Positions 53,817 to 63,318 of a DNA stretch of 64,000 nucleotides are shown in pieces. Each line of letters opens with the position of its first letter. Position 1 is the first letter of the stretch. A program made the translations under genes and the position numbers. Under the pieces are notes generated by a model that saw only the letters and a list, made by a program, of their open reading frames with translations, had not been told where the DNA came from and did no database searches. The stretch is from positions 1,086,387-1,150,386 of the forward strand of contig NZ_FNTX01000001.1 in the NCBI RefSeq assembly GCF_900105765.1. The letters are read 5' to 3'. This stretch comes from Ruania alba. GTDB taxonomy: Bacteria > Actinomycetota > Actinomycetes > Actinomycetales > Beutenbergiaceae.

Positions 53817-54754
53817 TGGTAGTGGACGTAGCGTCGGGAGAGCCGGAACTGCAGTGCCGTCACGGCCATGATGAGTGCCATCAGCACCACGCCGACCGCG
53901 CTGGCGCGGCCGAACTCGAGCTGCCGGAAGGCGGACTCGTAGATCACCATCACCGCGGTCCGGGTGGTGTCACCCGGGCCACCGCGGGTGAGCACCCACG
54001 GCTGGTCGAACACCTGCAGCGCGGCGATCACGCTCATCACGCAGGCCACCAGCATCGTGGGGGAGAGCAGCGGCAGGGTGATCGTGCGCAGTTGGCGCCA
54101 CCCGGTTGCCCCGTCCAGTGAGCTCGCCTCGTAGACGTCCTCGGGGATGGCCGCGAGGCCACCGACGAAGAGCAGGAAGGTGAACCCGAACTGCTGCCAG
54201 ACGTAGACCAGCACGACCACTGCGGCCGAGGCGCTGCTGGACAACCACGGCACACCCGGGATCCCGAGGAGGGAGAGCAGCCAGTTGACCACCCCGAACT
54301 CCTCGTTGAACAGGTACCGCATCACCACCGACACGCTTGCCGCGGACAGGATCAGCGGGAAGAAGAAGACCGAGCGGAAGAACGTGCGCAACCACCCCGG
54401 CAACCGTTGCGAGACGAGGACTGCCAGGGCCAGGGAGACGGCGATCTGCAGGGAGACGGCCACCACCACGAACGCGAGCGTGTTCAGGAACGAGCGGCTC
54501 ACCGTCGGGTCTGCGGCGATGTCGGCGAAGTTCTGCAGGCCGGCGAACTCGGGCGGGCTGATGATGTCCCAGCGGAAGAACGCCAGACCGATCGACGCCA
54601 CGATCGGCAGCAGCGTGAACACGCCGATGCCGACGATCGTCGGGGCGAGGAATACCCAGATGACGGCGCGGCGCTTCCACGCCGGACCCTGCGCGACAGA
54701 GCCACCCGCGGCCGTCGGTGCCGCCGCCGAGCGGGTTCGTGCGGGTGCGCTCAT
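53813..54754 (-). CDS. carbohydrate ABC transporter permease
   Basis: ORF 53813..55066 trimmed to ATG 54752-54754 (MSAPARTRS...), which overlaps the SBP stop (ATGA). EAA loop EASSLDGATGWRQLRTITLP. Confidence 0.85.
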   Translation of the reverse strand: MSAPARTRSAAAPTAAGGSVAQGPAWKRRAVIWVFLAPTIVGIGVFTLLPIVASIGLAFFRWDIISPPEFAGLQNFADIAADPTVSRSFLNTLAFVVVAVSLQIAVSLALAVLVSQRLPGWLRTFFRSVFFFPLILSAASVSVVMRYLFNEEFGVVNWLLSLLGIPGVPWLSSSASAAVVVLVYVWQQFGFTFLLFVGGLAAIPEDVYEASSLDGATGWRQLRTITLPLLSPTMLVACVMSVIAALQVFDQPWVLTRGGPGDTTRTAVMVIYESAFRQLEFGRASAVGVVLMALIMAVTALQFRLSRRYVHYQ

Positions 54755-56151
54755 GGCTGCCTCCTCAGGGCCAGCGTCAGGTCGCGATCCAGGGCGGCCA
54801 GGGCCGGTGCCACATTGCCTGCGGTGCCGCTCACCGCGCTGGAGATGTTCTTGATGAGGGCGGACTCCACCGCGGCCTGCTGCGGAGGAGCGGGGATCGG
54901 GCCGGTCGTCGGGAACCGGTCGAGGGTGTCGTAAAAGACCTCCCAGTGCCGCGGCCCCTTCTCGGCGTACCGTGCCTCGTTCACCATCGACCGACGGGTC
55001 GGCGTGGTGGTGGGCTGCGGGTAGGCGAGCTCCATGGCCTCGCGGGAGGCGGTGAACTTCACCCACTCCCAGGCGGCATCCTTGCGCGGCGAGGTGGACA
55101 TGATGGCGTACCCGGCGGCTCCGAACTGGTGCCGCTGGCTGCGCCAGCCGGGGAAGAACTGCACGTCGAAGTCCTCGGCACCCATCCCGGCCTCGTGCAG
55201 GCCCTGCACCCAGTACCCGCCGGCGGGGGTACTCCCGATCCGCCCTGAGGCGAACAGGCCCACGAGGGCGCCACCGCCACCTTCCTCCGGACGGGTGCCG
55301 AGCCCGTCGGCCACCAGGGTCCGCAGGAACTCCACGGACTCGGCGACCCGCGGTGCCCCGGCGTTCGACTCCAGCCAGCGGTAGCCACCGCTGCGCTGCT
55401 CACCGGGGTAGAAGCGGTCCCAGAACCACTGGCCACCAGGGGCGGTGGACTCGGTGAGGAAGCTGGTCTCGTTCACGTACAGCCACGGCACGAGACCGCC
55501 GAAGAGCCGGTTCGTCCAGAAGTACGGGACGAATCCGGGCTCGCTCGCAGCGCGCATCGCGCGGAGCATGTCCACGAAGTCGTCCTTGGTCCAGTCCGCC
55601 GGGGGCCGGTCCAGCCCGGCGCGGTCCAGGGCGGAGGCGTTGTAATAGATGTTCGCGGCGTTGAAGTCCGTGGGGAGCTGGAACAGGCTCCCCTCGTACA
55701 TGAACGCCTCGAGGAGGGTGGGGTGCACGTCGTCGAAGTACTCCTCGAGCTCGTCGGCATCCCGCAGCACGTACTCGTCCAGCGGCTCGGCCATCATCGA
55801 GGCGAACAGTTGGGTGCCCTCGGTGGCCACGTTCACCACGTCCGGTGGGGTGCCGGCGGCGATCATGGTGAGGATCTTGGAGAAGAAGTCGCCCCAGTCG
55901 TTGCCCTGGATCCCCATGATCCGGACCTCGATGTCCGGGTGGATCCGAGCAAAGGCATCGACGAGCCCTTGACGTGCGGCGGCGTCCTGCGCCGTGCCGA
56001 GGACGGCGATGGTGAGGACGTCGTCGTCGCGCCCGGGGATGTCCTGGCCGCTGAGGCGTGGCCAGGCAAGGCCGAGTCCGGCCAGCCCGGCGGCGCCCAG
56101 CCCGCCGAGTGCGAGGCGCCGAGTGATCTCGGCATCGAGTGGTGGTGGCAT
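54751..56151 (-). CDS. sugar ABC transporter substrate-binding protein (Tat signal)
   Basis: ITRRLALGGLGAAGLAGLGLA Tat-type signal. SBP family 1 length. Confidence 0.85.
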   Translation of the reverse strand: MPPPLDAEITRRLALGGLGAAGLAGLGLAWPRLSGQDIPGRDDDVLTIAVLGTAQDAAARQGLVDAFARIHPDIEVRIMGIQGNDWGDFFSKILTMIAAGTPPDVVNVATEGTQLFASMMAEPLDEYVLRDADELEEYFDDVHPTLLEAFMYEGSLFQLPTDFNAANIYYNASALDRAGLDRPPADWTKDDFVDMLRAMRAASEPGFVPYFWTNRLFGGLVPWLYVNETSFLTESTAPGGQWFWDRFYPGEQRSGGYRWLESNAGAPRVAESVEFLRTLVADGLGTRPEEGGGGALVGLFASGRIGSTPAGGYWVQGLHEAGMGAEDFDVQFFPGWRSQRHQFGAAGYAIMSTSPRKDAAWEWVKFTASREAMELAYPQPTTTPTRRSMVNEARYAEKGPRHWEVFYDTLDRFPTTGPIPAPPQQAAVESALIKNISSAVSGTAGNVAPALAALDRDLTLALRRQP

Positions 56152-56166
56152 CGTCGCACTTTCTCC

Positions 56167-56200
56167 TACCTGTCACGTGTTACCTAACACGTGACAGGTA
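56167..56200. promoter_or_regulatory. perfect 34-bp palindrome TACCTGTCACGTGTTA-CC-TAACACGTGACAGGTA, 16 bp upstream of SBP start (candidate LacI operator and/or TetR-gene terminator)
   Basis: Seen directly. Shares the ACACGTG core with the site at 50613. Confidence 0.45.
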
Positions 56201-56262
56201 GCATGCACGACGCCGTGTCGGCTGTCAAGGGTGCTGGGTTGTGAGGTGACGGGCCGGTCAGG

Positions 56263-56958
56263 TCAGGCGGGAAGGCCGAGCGTGTCGGCGAGCAGGGTGA
56301 GCTGTTGCGTGAACAGCGCGCCGGGGTCGGTGAAGGTGTCGGTGCCGTACTGGCCGAAGAGTTCGGCGGTGATCGCGCCGATGAGGCCGCTCCAGGCGAG
56401 GAAGGTGCGACCGAAGGTGTCGTCGTCCCCGGTCAGGCCAAGCTCGGCGCGCATGGTCGCATAGTCCCGGGAGGGGGTGGCCGATGGGGTGGCCGGCGGG
56501 GGGTCGAGCCGGCCAGCTCGATGTGCATCCTCGACCAGAGTGGCGAGGGTCATGAGCACCCGGGTGCCGGGGCCCGTGGTCTGTTCCCCCGGGGCGTGAT
56601 AGCCCGGGACCGGGGTCCCGTACAACAGGGCGTACATCGCGGGCTCGTCCCGCGCCCAGTCGCGCACCGCTGCGCCGAGGGTAAGGAACTGCGTGCGGTA
56701 GTCCAGCGGTTCCACTGTCGCCAGGGCCTCGTCGACGGCGTCGGCCAGCTCGGTGTACCCCTCCACGAGGAGGGCGGTGAGCAACTCATCACGGCTCCGC
56801 ACGTATCGGTACACCGCGGAGGAGACCACGCCCAGGTCCCGCGCCACGGCGCGTAGCGACAGGCCGGCGGCGCCGTGACGGGCCAGATGTTCCCGGCCGA
56901 TGCGCAGGATGTCCTGCTCGGTCTGGGCGCGGGCTCGTTCGCGTGGCGTGGGGCTCAT
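56263..56958 (-). CDS. TetR family transcriptional regulator
   Basis: HTH RAVARDLGVVSSAVYRYV. Confidence 0.85.
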   Translation of the reverse strand: MSPTPRERARAQTEQDILRIGREHLARHGAAGLSLRAVARDLGVVSSAVYRYVRSRDELLTALLVEGYTELADAVDEALATVEPLDYRTQFLTLGAAVRDWARDEPAMYALLYGTPVPGYHAPGEQTTGPGTRVLMTLATLVEDAHRAGRLDPPPATPSATPSRDYATMRAELGLTGDDDTFGRTFLAWSGLIGAITAELFGQYGTDTFTDPGALFTQQLTLLADTLGLPA

Positions 56959-57000
56959 GCCTTGATCCTGACGCGTTCAGTGAGCGGGTGCAACAAGAGT

Positions 57001-57062
57001 GAGCAGTGCTCTTGTTTTCTGGCGATGGCCATGCCACTCTTGAAAGCGAGAGCAGTGCTCTC
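57001..57062. promoter_or_regulatory. two copies of GAGCAGTGCTC (57001-57011, 57050-57060), the second inside the 15-bp palindrome GAGAGCAGTGCTCTC, in the TetR/SDR divergent intergenic region
   Basis: Seen directly. The first copy is flanked by AACAAGAG/CTCTTGTT arms. Confidence 0.35.
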
Positions 57063-57097
57063 GTGTTTAGATTCGATTCGACCCCTCAGGAGACGCC

Positions 57098-58099
57098 ATG
57101 TCCTCGTTCCACCTCGTCACCGGCGCCGGGCCTGTTGGCGCCACCCTCGCTCTGCAGCTCGCCGAGGCAGGGAAGCAGGTTCGGTTGCTCACCCGGTCCG
57201 GGAGCGGGCCCGATCATCCAGGGATCGAGCGACGCAGAGTAGACGTCGCCGACCGTGCTGCGTTCGCGGCAGCGGCCAGGGGCGCACAGGCGATCCACCA
57301 CTGCATCCACGGCTCACGGTACGACGCGCGCACATGGCGCTCCGAGCTCCCGCGCGCCGAGCGGGTGGTGCTGGACATCGCGGAGGAGGCGGACGCCGTC
57401 GTGGTCTTTCCGGAGAGCCTGTATTCCTACGGCCCGGGAGATTCCGTGATGACCGAGGAAGGCTACGGACGTGCCACCGGTGGGAAGCTAGGCGTGCGTA
57501 CGGAGCTGCTCGCCGCGCGAGAGGCACATGCGGCGGCGACGGTGAGTGTCGCGGCATCGGACTTCTACGGGCCACGCGTGCGGATGGCGCATGCGGGGGA
57601 GCGGTTGGTGCCGACGGTGCTGGCCGGAAAGACGATGCGGGTCGTCGGGAGCCTCGACCAGCCGCACTCGTTCACCTACGTGCCGGACCTCACGCGCGCG
57701 ATGATCGCCGCCGCTGCTGATCGCACACTATGGGACTCGTTCCTGCTGGCTCCGACCGCTCCGGCGCTCACGCAGCGTGAACTGATCACCGCCGTGGCTG
57801 AGGCCGCGGGAGTGCGTGTGCCCCGGATGGCTGTCGTGCCGGTCGGGGTGCTGCGCGCGGGCGGGCTCATCTCGCGCGAGATGAGGGAGCTGGCCGAGAC
57901 GGGGTACATGTTCGACCGTCCGTTCGTGATGGACTCCACCGAGAGTGAACGCGTGCTCGGACTGTCCGCGACCCCGGTCACGGTGGGGCTGGATCGGACG
58001 GTGCGGTGGTGGCGCGATGTGAGCGCCGGCTGGAATGACGATGGCCCCCGAGGCGGTACGACCGTCCCGGAGGCCATCGCGAGTGAGCCGACCCCCTGA
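57098..58099 (+). CDS. NAD-dependent epimerase/dehydratase (SDR, NmrA-like) family protein
   Basis: TGAGPVGATLALQLAEAG Rossmann motif. Confidence 0.8.
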   Translation: MSSFHLVTGAGPVGATLALQLAEAGKQVRLLTRSGSGPDHPGIERRRVDVADRAAFAAAARGAQAIHHCIHGSRYDARTWRSELPRAERVVLDIAEEADAVVVFPESLYSYGPGDSVMTEEGYGRATGGKLGVRTELLAAREAHAAATVSVAASDFYGPRVRMAHAGERLVPTVLAGKTMRVVGSLDQPHSFTYVPDLTRAMIAAAADRTLWDSFLLAPTAPALTQRELITAVAEAAGVRVPRMAVVPVGVLRAGGLISREMRELAETGYMFDRPFVMDSTESERVLGLSATPVTVGLDRTVRWWRDVSAGWNDDGPRGGTTVPEAIASEPTP

Positions 58100-58122
58100 G
58101 TCAGCTCACTGATCAGGCCGGT

Positions 58123-58536
58123 TCAGAGACCGAGAACCGCGTCGCCGACGAGCTCGACGTCCACGTCCACATCGGCGTCGGCCTCGACGCTCAGGTCGTT
58201 GAGCTCGGCCTCGACCGCTGCATCGACCTCGGCCTCCAGGGTCGCCTCGAGGCTCGCCTCGAGCGTGTCGTCGAGCAGTGCCGCATCGCCCTCGACGTCC
58301 ACGTCCACGTCTACCGTCACCGTGTCGTCGGTGACGCTGACGTCCGTGGTGACGTCTCCAGCAAGGTCGGCGTCGAGGTCGCCGAGCGAGCTCTCGACAG
58401 CGGCCTCCACCGCAGTGGTGACCTCGGCCTCGACGTCGACGTCGGCCGATGCGGCCGTGGCGGATCCCAGGGCCAGGGCAAGACCGAGGGCGGGGGTCGC
58501 GATCGCTGCGGTCGTTCGTCGCTGTGTCACGCGCAT
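58123..58536 (-). CDS. small secreted extremely acidic low-complexity protein (D/V/E/A/T repeats), unknown function
   Basis: RBS gaaagga, signal peptide MRVTQRRTTAAIATPALGLALALGSATAASA, then about 105 residues with no Lys/Arg/His and DVDV/EAEV repeats. High GC3 frame. Confidence 0.5.
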   Translation of the reverse strand: MRVTQRRTTAAIATPALGLALALGSATAASADVDVEAEVTTAVEAAVESSLGDLDADLAGDVTTDVSVTDDTVTVDVDVDVEGDAALLDDTLEASLEATLEAEVDAAVEAELNDLSVEADADVDVDVELVGDAVLGL

Positions 58537-58686
58537 GGGGCATCCTTTCGTGTTCCAGCCGGCAACTCTTACCGACTGATGTGCGACGACGCGACACTCT
58601 CGGAGGGTGGAGGTCGGTCGCCCACGGTCCGTGACGGTAGTAATGCGTCGCCGCCCCCGCCACTCGAGAAGCGGGGTGTCTCACGG

Positions 58687-59658
58687 ATGAGGCAGGCTGT
58701 GCTCATGACCTCCTCTCGGCCGTCCCTGCTGCTGCTCGACACCGCCTCGCTGTACTTCCGCGCCTTCTTCGGGGTGCCCGACTCGATCACCGCACCGGAC
58801 GGCACACCCGTGAACGCCGTGCGCGGGCTGCTCGACTTCCTCACCCGCCTGATCGGCCAGTACCAGCCGACGCACGTGGCCTGTTGCTGGGACAACGACT
58901 GGCGGCCGCAGTGGCGGGTGGACCTGCTGCCCAGCTACAAGGGGCACCGCGTGGTCGAGGAGGTGCCCGCAGGATCGGACGTGGAGGAGGTCCCGGACCC
59001 GCTCGCGGTCCAGGTGCCGGTGATCGCCGAGACCCTCGCGGCGCTCGGGATCGCCGTTGTCGGTGCCGACGGGTACGAGGCCGACGACGTGATCGGCACC
59101 CTGGCCACCGGTGCACCGATGCCGGTGAACGTCGTGACCGGCGATCGCGACCTGTTCCAGTTGGTCGACGATCAAGCCCCTGGTGGGCCGGTCCGGGTGC
59201 TGTACACCGCGCGCGGGGTGGGCCGGCATGAAGTACTCACGGACGCCGTCGTGCAGGAGAAGTACGGGGTACCGGCGGCTCGCTACGCCGACTTCGCCAC
59301 GCTGCGCGGGGATACCTCCGACGGCCTGCCGGGCGTGAAGGGGGTCGGGGACAAGACGGCGGCGTCGCTGCTGGCCAGCTATGGCGACCTCGCCGGGGTG
59401 CGAGCCGCCGCGGCCGATCCGGGCACGCCGCTCGCCGCCGGGATGCGCGCGAAGATCACTGCTGCTGCGGACTACCTGGACGTTGCCCCGCAGGTGGTCG
59501 CGGTGGTGCGTGATATCGAGCTCGGTGAGCTGGACCTGCGCCTGCCCGGCACTGCTGCCGATCGCCCCGCACCGGCCGACTCGCAGGAGCTCGCGCGACT
59601 GGTCGAGCGGTGGGGGATCGGGAACTCGGTCGAGCGGCTGCTCGAGGTGCTCCGCTGA
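58687..59658 (+). CDS. 5'-3' exonuclease (FEN/Pol I 5'-nuclease domain family)
   Basis: LLLLDTASLYFRAFFGVP...GYEADDVIGTLA...TGDRDLFQLV...LPGVKGVGDKTAASLL. Alternative ATG at 58705. ORF track 58579 start is read-through. Confidence 0.85.
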   Translation: MRQAVLMTSSRPSLLLLDTASLYFRAFFGVPDSITAPDGTPVNAVRGLLDFLTRLIGQYQPTHVACCWDNDWRPQWRVDLLPSYKGHRVVEEVPAGSDVEEVPDPLAVQVPVIAETLAALGIAVVGADGYEADDVIGTLATGAPMPVNVVTGDRDLFQLVDDQAPGGPVRVLYTARGVGRHEVLTDAVVQEKYGVPAARYADFATLRGDTSDGLPGVKGVGDKTAASLLASYGDLAGVRAAAADPGTPLAAGMRAKITAAADYLDVAPQVVAVVRDIELGELDLRLPGTAADRPAPADSQELARLVERWGIGNSVERLLEVLR

Positions 59659-59659
59659 G

Positions 59660-60442
59660 TCACACGCAGGTGACCGTCAGCCCGGCGGCCTCCAGGTCCC
59701 GCACGACGCCGGGGTCGGCACCGTCGTCGGTGATCACCGTCCCGATGCGATCGATGGTGACGATCCGCGCGAACGCTCGCCGGCCGAGCTTGGTGGAGTC
59801 GGCGACGACGACCACGCGTCCGGACCGCTGGGCCAGTGCGGTCGCGACCGAGGCCTCGCCCTCGTCGTGCGCGCATGCGCCCTCAGCCACGGTCAGCCCG
59901 TTGATCCCCAGGAAGAGGGTGTCCACCGACACCTGCCCGAGCAGCAGGTCGGCGAGCGGACCGGTCAGCTCGTAGCTCATCGCGCGCACCACGCCACCGG
60001 TCATCACCACCCGTAGATGAGTGCGCACGGCCAGCTCGGCGGCGATATTGACGGCGTTCGTCACCACGGTCACCGGGGCTCGGCCGGTCTCACGGAGCCC
60101 GGGATGGACGGCCAGCTCGCGGGCCACCTCCGTGGTCGTGGTGCCACCGTTCATCCCGACCACCTCCCCGGGATGAACCAGAGATGCCGCGGCCTGGGCG
60201 ATCCGCGCCTTCTCGGCGCTCTGCCGGGCCGTCTTGTAGCGCAGGGGGAGATCAGCGGAGGACGGCGGCACGCTCGCTCCGCCGCGCGTACGCACCACGA
60301 GCTGCTGCGCCGAGAGGGAATCCAGGTCCCGGCGTACGGTGGCAGGGGAGACGCCGAGCTCGGTGACGACGTCCTCGACCTGCACGTGCTCGCGAGCGAC
60401 CACCATCTCGAGCAGGGCGGCCAGGCGATCGTGGCGATTCAT
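59660..60442 (-). CDS. DeoR/GlpR family transcriptional regulator
   Basis: HTH VEDVVTELGVSPATVRRDLDSL, DeoR C-terminal sugar-phosphate domain. Start ATG 60442. Confidence 0.85.
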   Translation of the reverse strand: MNRHDRLAALLEMVVAREHVQVEDVVTELGVSPATVRRDLDSLSAQQLVVRTRGGASVPPSSADLPLRYKTARQSAEKARIAQAAASLVHPGEVVGMNGGTTTTEVARELAVHPGLRETGRAPVTVVTNAVNIAAELAVRTHLRVVMTGGVVRAMSYELTGPLADLLLGQVSVDTLFLGINGLTVAEGACAHDEGEASVATALAQRSGRVVVVADSTKLGRRAFARIVTIDRIGTVITDDGADPGVVRDLEAAGLTVTCV

Positions 60443-60522
60443 CGGATCTCCCAAAGTGATGTTTTATGAGCGAATCATGGCTATTATGCTCACAAACACG
60501 CACTCCATGAAGGGTTTCACAC

Positions 60523-61431
60523 GTGTCGGATGCAGCAATCTCAGCCTCGGGCCAGTCACAGACAGCCATCGAGGTGGCCTCCCAGCCAGACGTGTGGGAG
60601 TGGGCTCTCGCCGAGCACGACGGCGCAACCGGTCTCCCCGCCGCCGGGGAGCGGGTGGCCGTGGTGGGCTGCGGCACCTCCTGGTTCATGGCGCAGTCCT
60701 ATGCCGCGCAGCGCGAGAGCGCCGGGCACGGTGTGACGGACGCCTTCACCGCCTCCGAGTTCCCGGCCGAGCGTTCCTACGACCGGCTGGTCGCGATCTC
60801 CCGCTCCGGCACCACCACCGAGATCGTGCACCTGCTGCAGCGCACGGACACCCCCAGCGTGCTGCTCACGGCCGTCGGGGAAGGCCCCGCGGCCGCCCAC
60901 GCCGACCATGAGATCGTGCTCGACCGGGCCGACGAAACCTCCGTGGTGCAGACCCGGTTCGCCACCACCGCCCTGGTGGTGCTCCGGGCCAGCCTCGGGG
61001 AAGACCTGACGGCGGCCGTCGCCGATGCCCGCACCGCCCTGACCCAACCGATCGAGGACGCGTGGGTGTCAGCGGACCAGCTCAGCTTCCTCGGTACCGG
61101 CTGGACCATCGGACTCGCGCACGAGGCAGCCCTGAAGCTGCGCGAGTCCTCCCAGTCCTGGACCGAGTCCTACCCCGCGATGGAGTACCGGCACGGTCCC
61201 ATCTCGATCGCCCAGCCGGGACGTGTGGTGTGGGTCTTCGGTACGGCCCCCGACGGTCTCGCCGGTGACGTTCAGGAGACCGGCGCCACCCTCGCCGTCA
61301 GCGAACTCGACCCGCTGGCGCACCTGGTGCTGCTGCACCGGGTAGCCGTGGCCCGGTCGGAGGCGCGCGGCCTCAACCCGGACACCCCCCGCCACCTCTC
61401 CCGCGCCGTGATCCTGGACACCAGCGACTGA
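60523..61431 (+). CDS. SIS-domain sugar-phosphate isomerase/deaminase (AgaS/FrlB-like)
   Basis: VAVVGCGTSWFMAQ and SRSGTTTE SIS motifs. Confidence 0.75.
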   Translation: MSDAAISASGQSQTAIEVASQPDVWEWALAEHDGATGLPAAGERVAVVGCGTSWFMAQSYAAQRESAGHGVTDAFTASEFPAERSYDRLVAISRSGTTTEIVHLLQRTDTPSVLLTAVGEGPAAAHADHEIVLDRADETSVVQTRFATTALVVLRASLGEDLTAAVADARTALTQPIEDAWVSADQLSFLGTGWTIGLAHEAALKLRESSQSWTESYPAMEYRHGPISIAQPGRVVWVFGTAPDGLAGDVQETGATLAVSELDPLAHLVLLHRVAVARSEARGLNPDTPRHLSRAVILDTSD

Positions 61432-62383
61432 TGCCGGCCAGCGACCAGACCACCCGCGACCCAGGGACGGCCACGGCCCTGGGCGTGGACGTCGGCGGCA
61501 CCACCATCAAGGTGGGCCGCGTCCGGGCAGACGGCACGCTGACCGACACGCGGACCGTCCCTACGCCGCGAGACCCGCACCACCTCGCCGATGCGATCGC
61601 CGCCGAGGTGGAGCGCAGCCCGGCACCGACAGTCGGCGTGGTCACCCCGGGGATCACCGACGAGCAGAGCGGGATCATCTCCTTCGCCGCCAACCTCGGC
61701 TGGCGGGACGTGCCGATGCGGGAGATCCTCGAGCAGCGCCTGGGCAGGCCCGTCTCGCTGGGCCACGACGTGCGCGCCGGTGCACTCGCCGAGTCGCTCT
61801 GGGGCGCGGGTTCGACCGACATGCTCTTCGTCCCGCTCGGCACCGGGATCGCCTCCGCCCTCGTGCTCGACGGTGCGGTGCGCGGCACCGGCTGGGCCGG
61901 GGAGATCGGGCAGGTGCTCGTGCCCGACCCCGACGAGCAGCTCCCACCGTCGGGCCCCACGCGGCCCAGTCGCCCCGTTCGCCGGGCGTTCGAACAGATC
62001 TCCTCTGCCTCCGCGATCGCCGACCGGTACGCCCGGCGCACCGGGAGCACCGATGTCTCGGGCGGCTCCGCTCACGTCCTGGAACGGGCGGCCGGCTCGG
62101 AGCACCACCCCGCCGACCCGATCGCGGTCGAGGTGGTGCGCACCGCCGTCGAGACGCTCGCCGACGTGCTCGCCCAGGCCGCCGGACTGCTCGGCCCGGT
62201 CCCCATCGTGCTCGGCGGCGGACTGGCGCACGCCGGAGAGGATCTCCTTGGGCCGTTGCAGGCCGGGCTGGAGGAGCGGCTCCCCGCCGAACTGCGCCCG
62301 TCGGTCCGGGGGCAGCGCTCGGCTCCTGGGCCGGTTGCCTCGGCGCCGGCGGGATCGCGCTCGACCTGGGGAGCAGCCGATGA
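61431..62383 (+). CDS. ROK family sugar kinase; apparent -1 frameshift at G-run 62308-62312
   Basis: LGVDVGGTTIKVG ATP motif. ORF 61431..62450 loses the ROK C-terminus. One extra G gives ...RGAALGSWAGCLGAGGIALDLGSSR with stop 62381-62383 overlapping the next ATG (ATGA). Confidence 0.8.
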
Positions 62384-63318
62384 TCCGTACTGTCACACCG
62401 AACCCCGCCGTGGACGTCACCTACGCGGTGCCGCACCTGAACCACGGTGAGGTGCACCGTGTGCAGCAGGTGACTGATTCGGCCGGCGGCAAGGGCGTGA
62501 ACGTGGCTCGGGTGCTCGCCGGCCTGGGGCGCGAGGTGAGCTGTTCCGGCTTCCTCGCCGGGGTGATGGGCGAACACCTGCAGGACCTGCTCGACGCCGA
62601 TCAGGTGGAGCAGGCATGGACTCTGGTGGCGGGGGAGACTCGGCGCACCGTGACCATCGTCGACGACGACGGGGTCCAGGGTGCCACGCTCTTCAACGAA
62701 CCCGGACCCACCGTGACCGCCCGGGACTGGGACCGGCTGACCCGCGCAGTGCTCGCGGGTCTGGACGGGGCCGGTGTACTGGTGATCTCGGGTTCTACCC
62801 CGCCGGGCACCAGCGATGGTGACCTTCCCGCACTGGTGCGGGCCGCCGTCGGGCGGGGCATCCCGGTGATCGTGGACACCTCCGGGCCGGCACTGCTGGC
62901 GGTGGCCGCAGAGGAGCCGGTCGTGCTCAAGCCGAACGTCGACGAGGTTCGCGAGGCGACCGGCATCGACGACCCGATCGCTGCCGCCCGTGACCTGATC
63001 GACCGTGGTGCGGGCGCCGTGCTGGTCTCCTGCGGCAGCCAGGGTGTGCTGCTGGTGACCGCTGACGGAGCGTGGCGGGCCCGCCCGCCCGAGGTGATCA
63101 CCGGGAATGCCACTGGTGCCGGGGACGCTGCCGTGGCAGCCCTCGCGATGGCAGTGGCCGACGGCGCACGTGGCGCCGACCTGGCCGCCCACCTGCCCGC
63201 GGTGGTCGCCCTCTCCGCCGCCGCCGTGCTGATGCCCACCGCAGGAGCGGCCGACCACGACGCCTACGACCGCATGCGCCCCACGATCCAGACGGAGACC
63301 ATCGATGCCCCTCGCTGA
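62380..63318 (+). CDS. PfkB-family sugar-phosphate kinase (1-phosphofructokinase / tagatose-6-P kinase-like)
   Basis: C-terminal part of ORF 61591..63318 from ATG 62380. GGKGVNVA and TGAGDA motifs. Confidence 0.85.
   Translation: MIRTVTPNPAVDVTYAVPHLNHGEVHRVQQVTDSAGGKGVNVARVLAGLGREVSCSGFLAGVMGEHLQDLLDADQVEQAWTLVAGETRRTVTIVDDDGVQGATLFNEPGPTVTARDWDRLTRAVLAGLDGAGVLVISGSTPPGTSDGDLPALVRAAVGRGIPVIVDTSGPALLAVAAEEPVVLKPNVDEVREATGIDDPIAAARDLIDRGAGAVLVSCGSQGVLLVTADGAWRARPPEVITGNATGAGDAAVAALAMAVADGARGADLAAHLPAVVALSAAAVLMPTAGAADHDAYDRMRPTIQTETIDAPR

Noticed and set aside
58199-58579. 126-aa Ser/Thr-rich ORF on the plus strand
   Set aside because: Mirror image of the acidic repeat gene on the minus strand. 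That gene has an RBS and signal peptide, whereas this one has neither.
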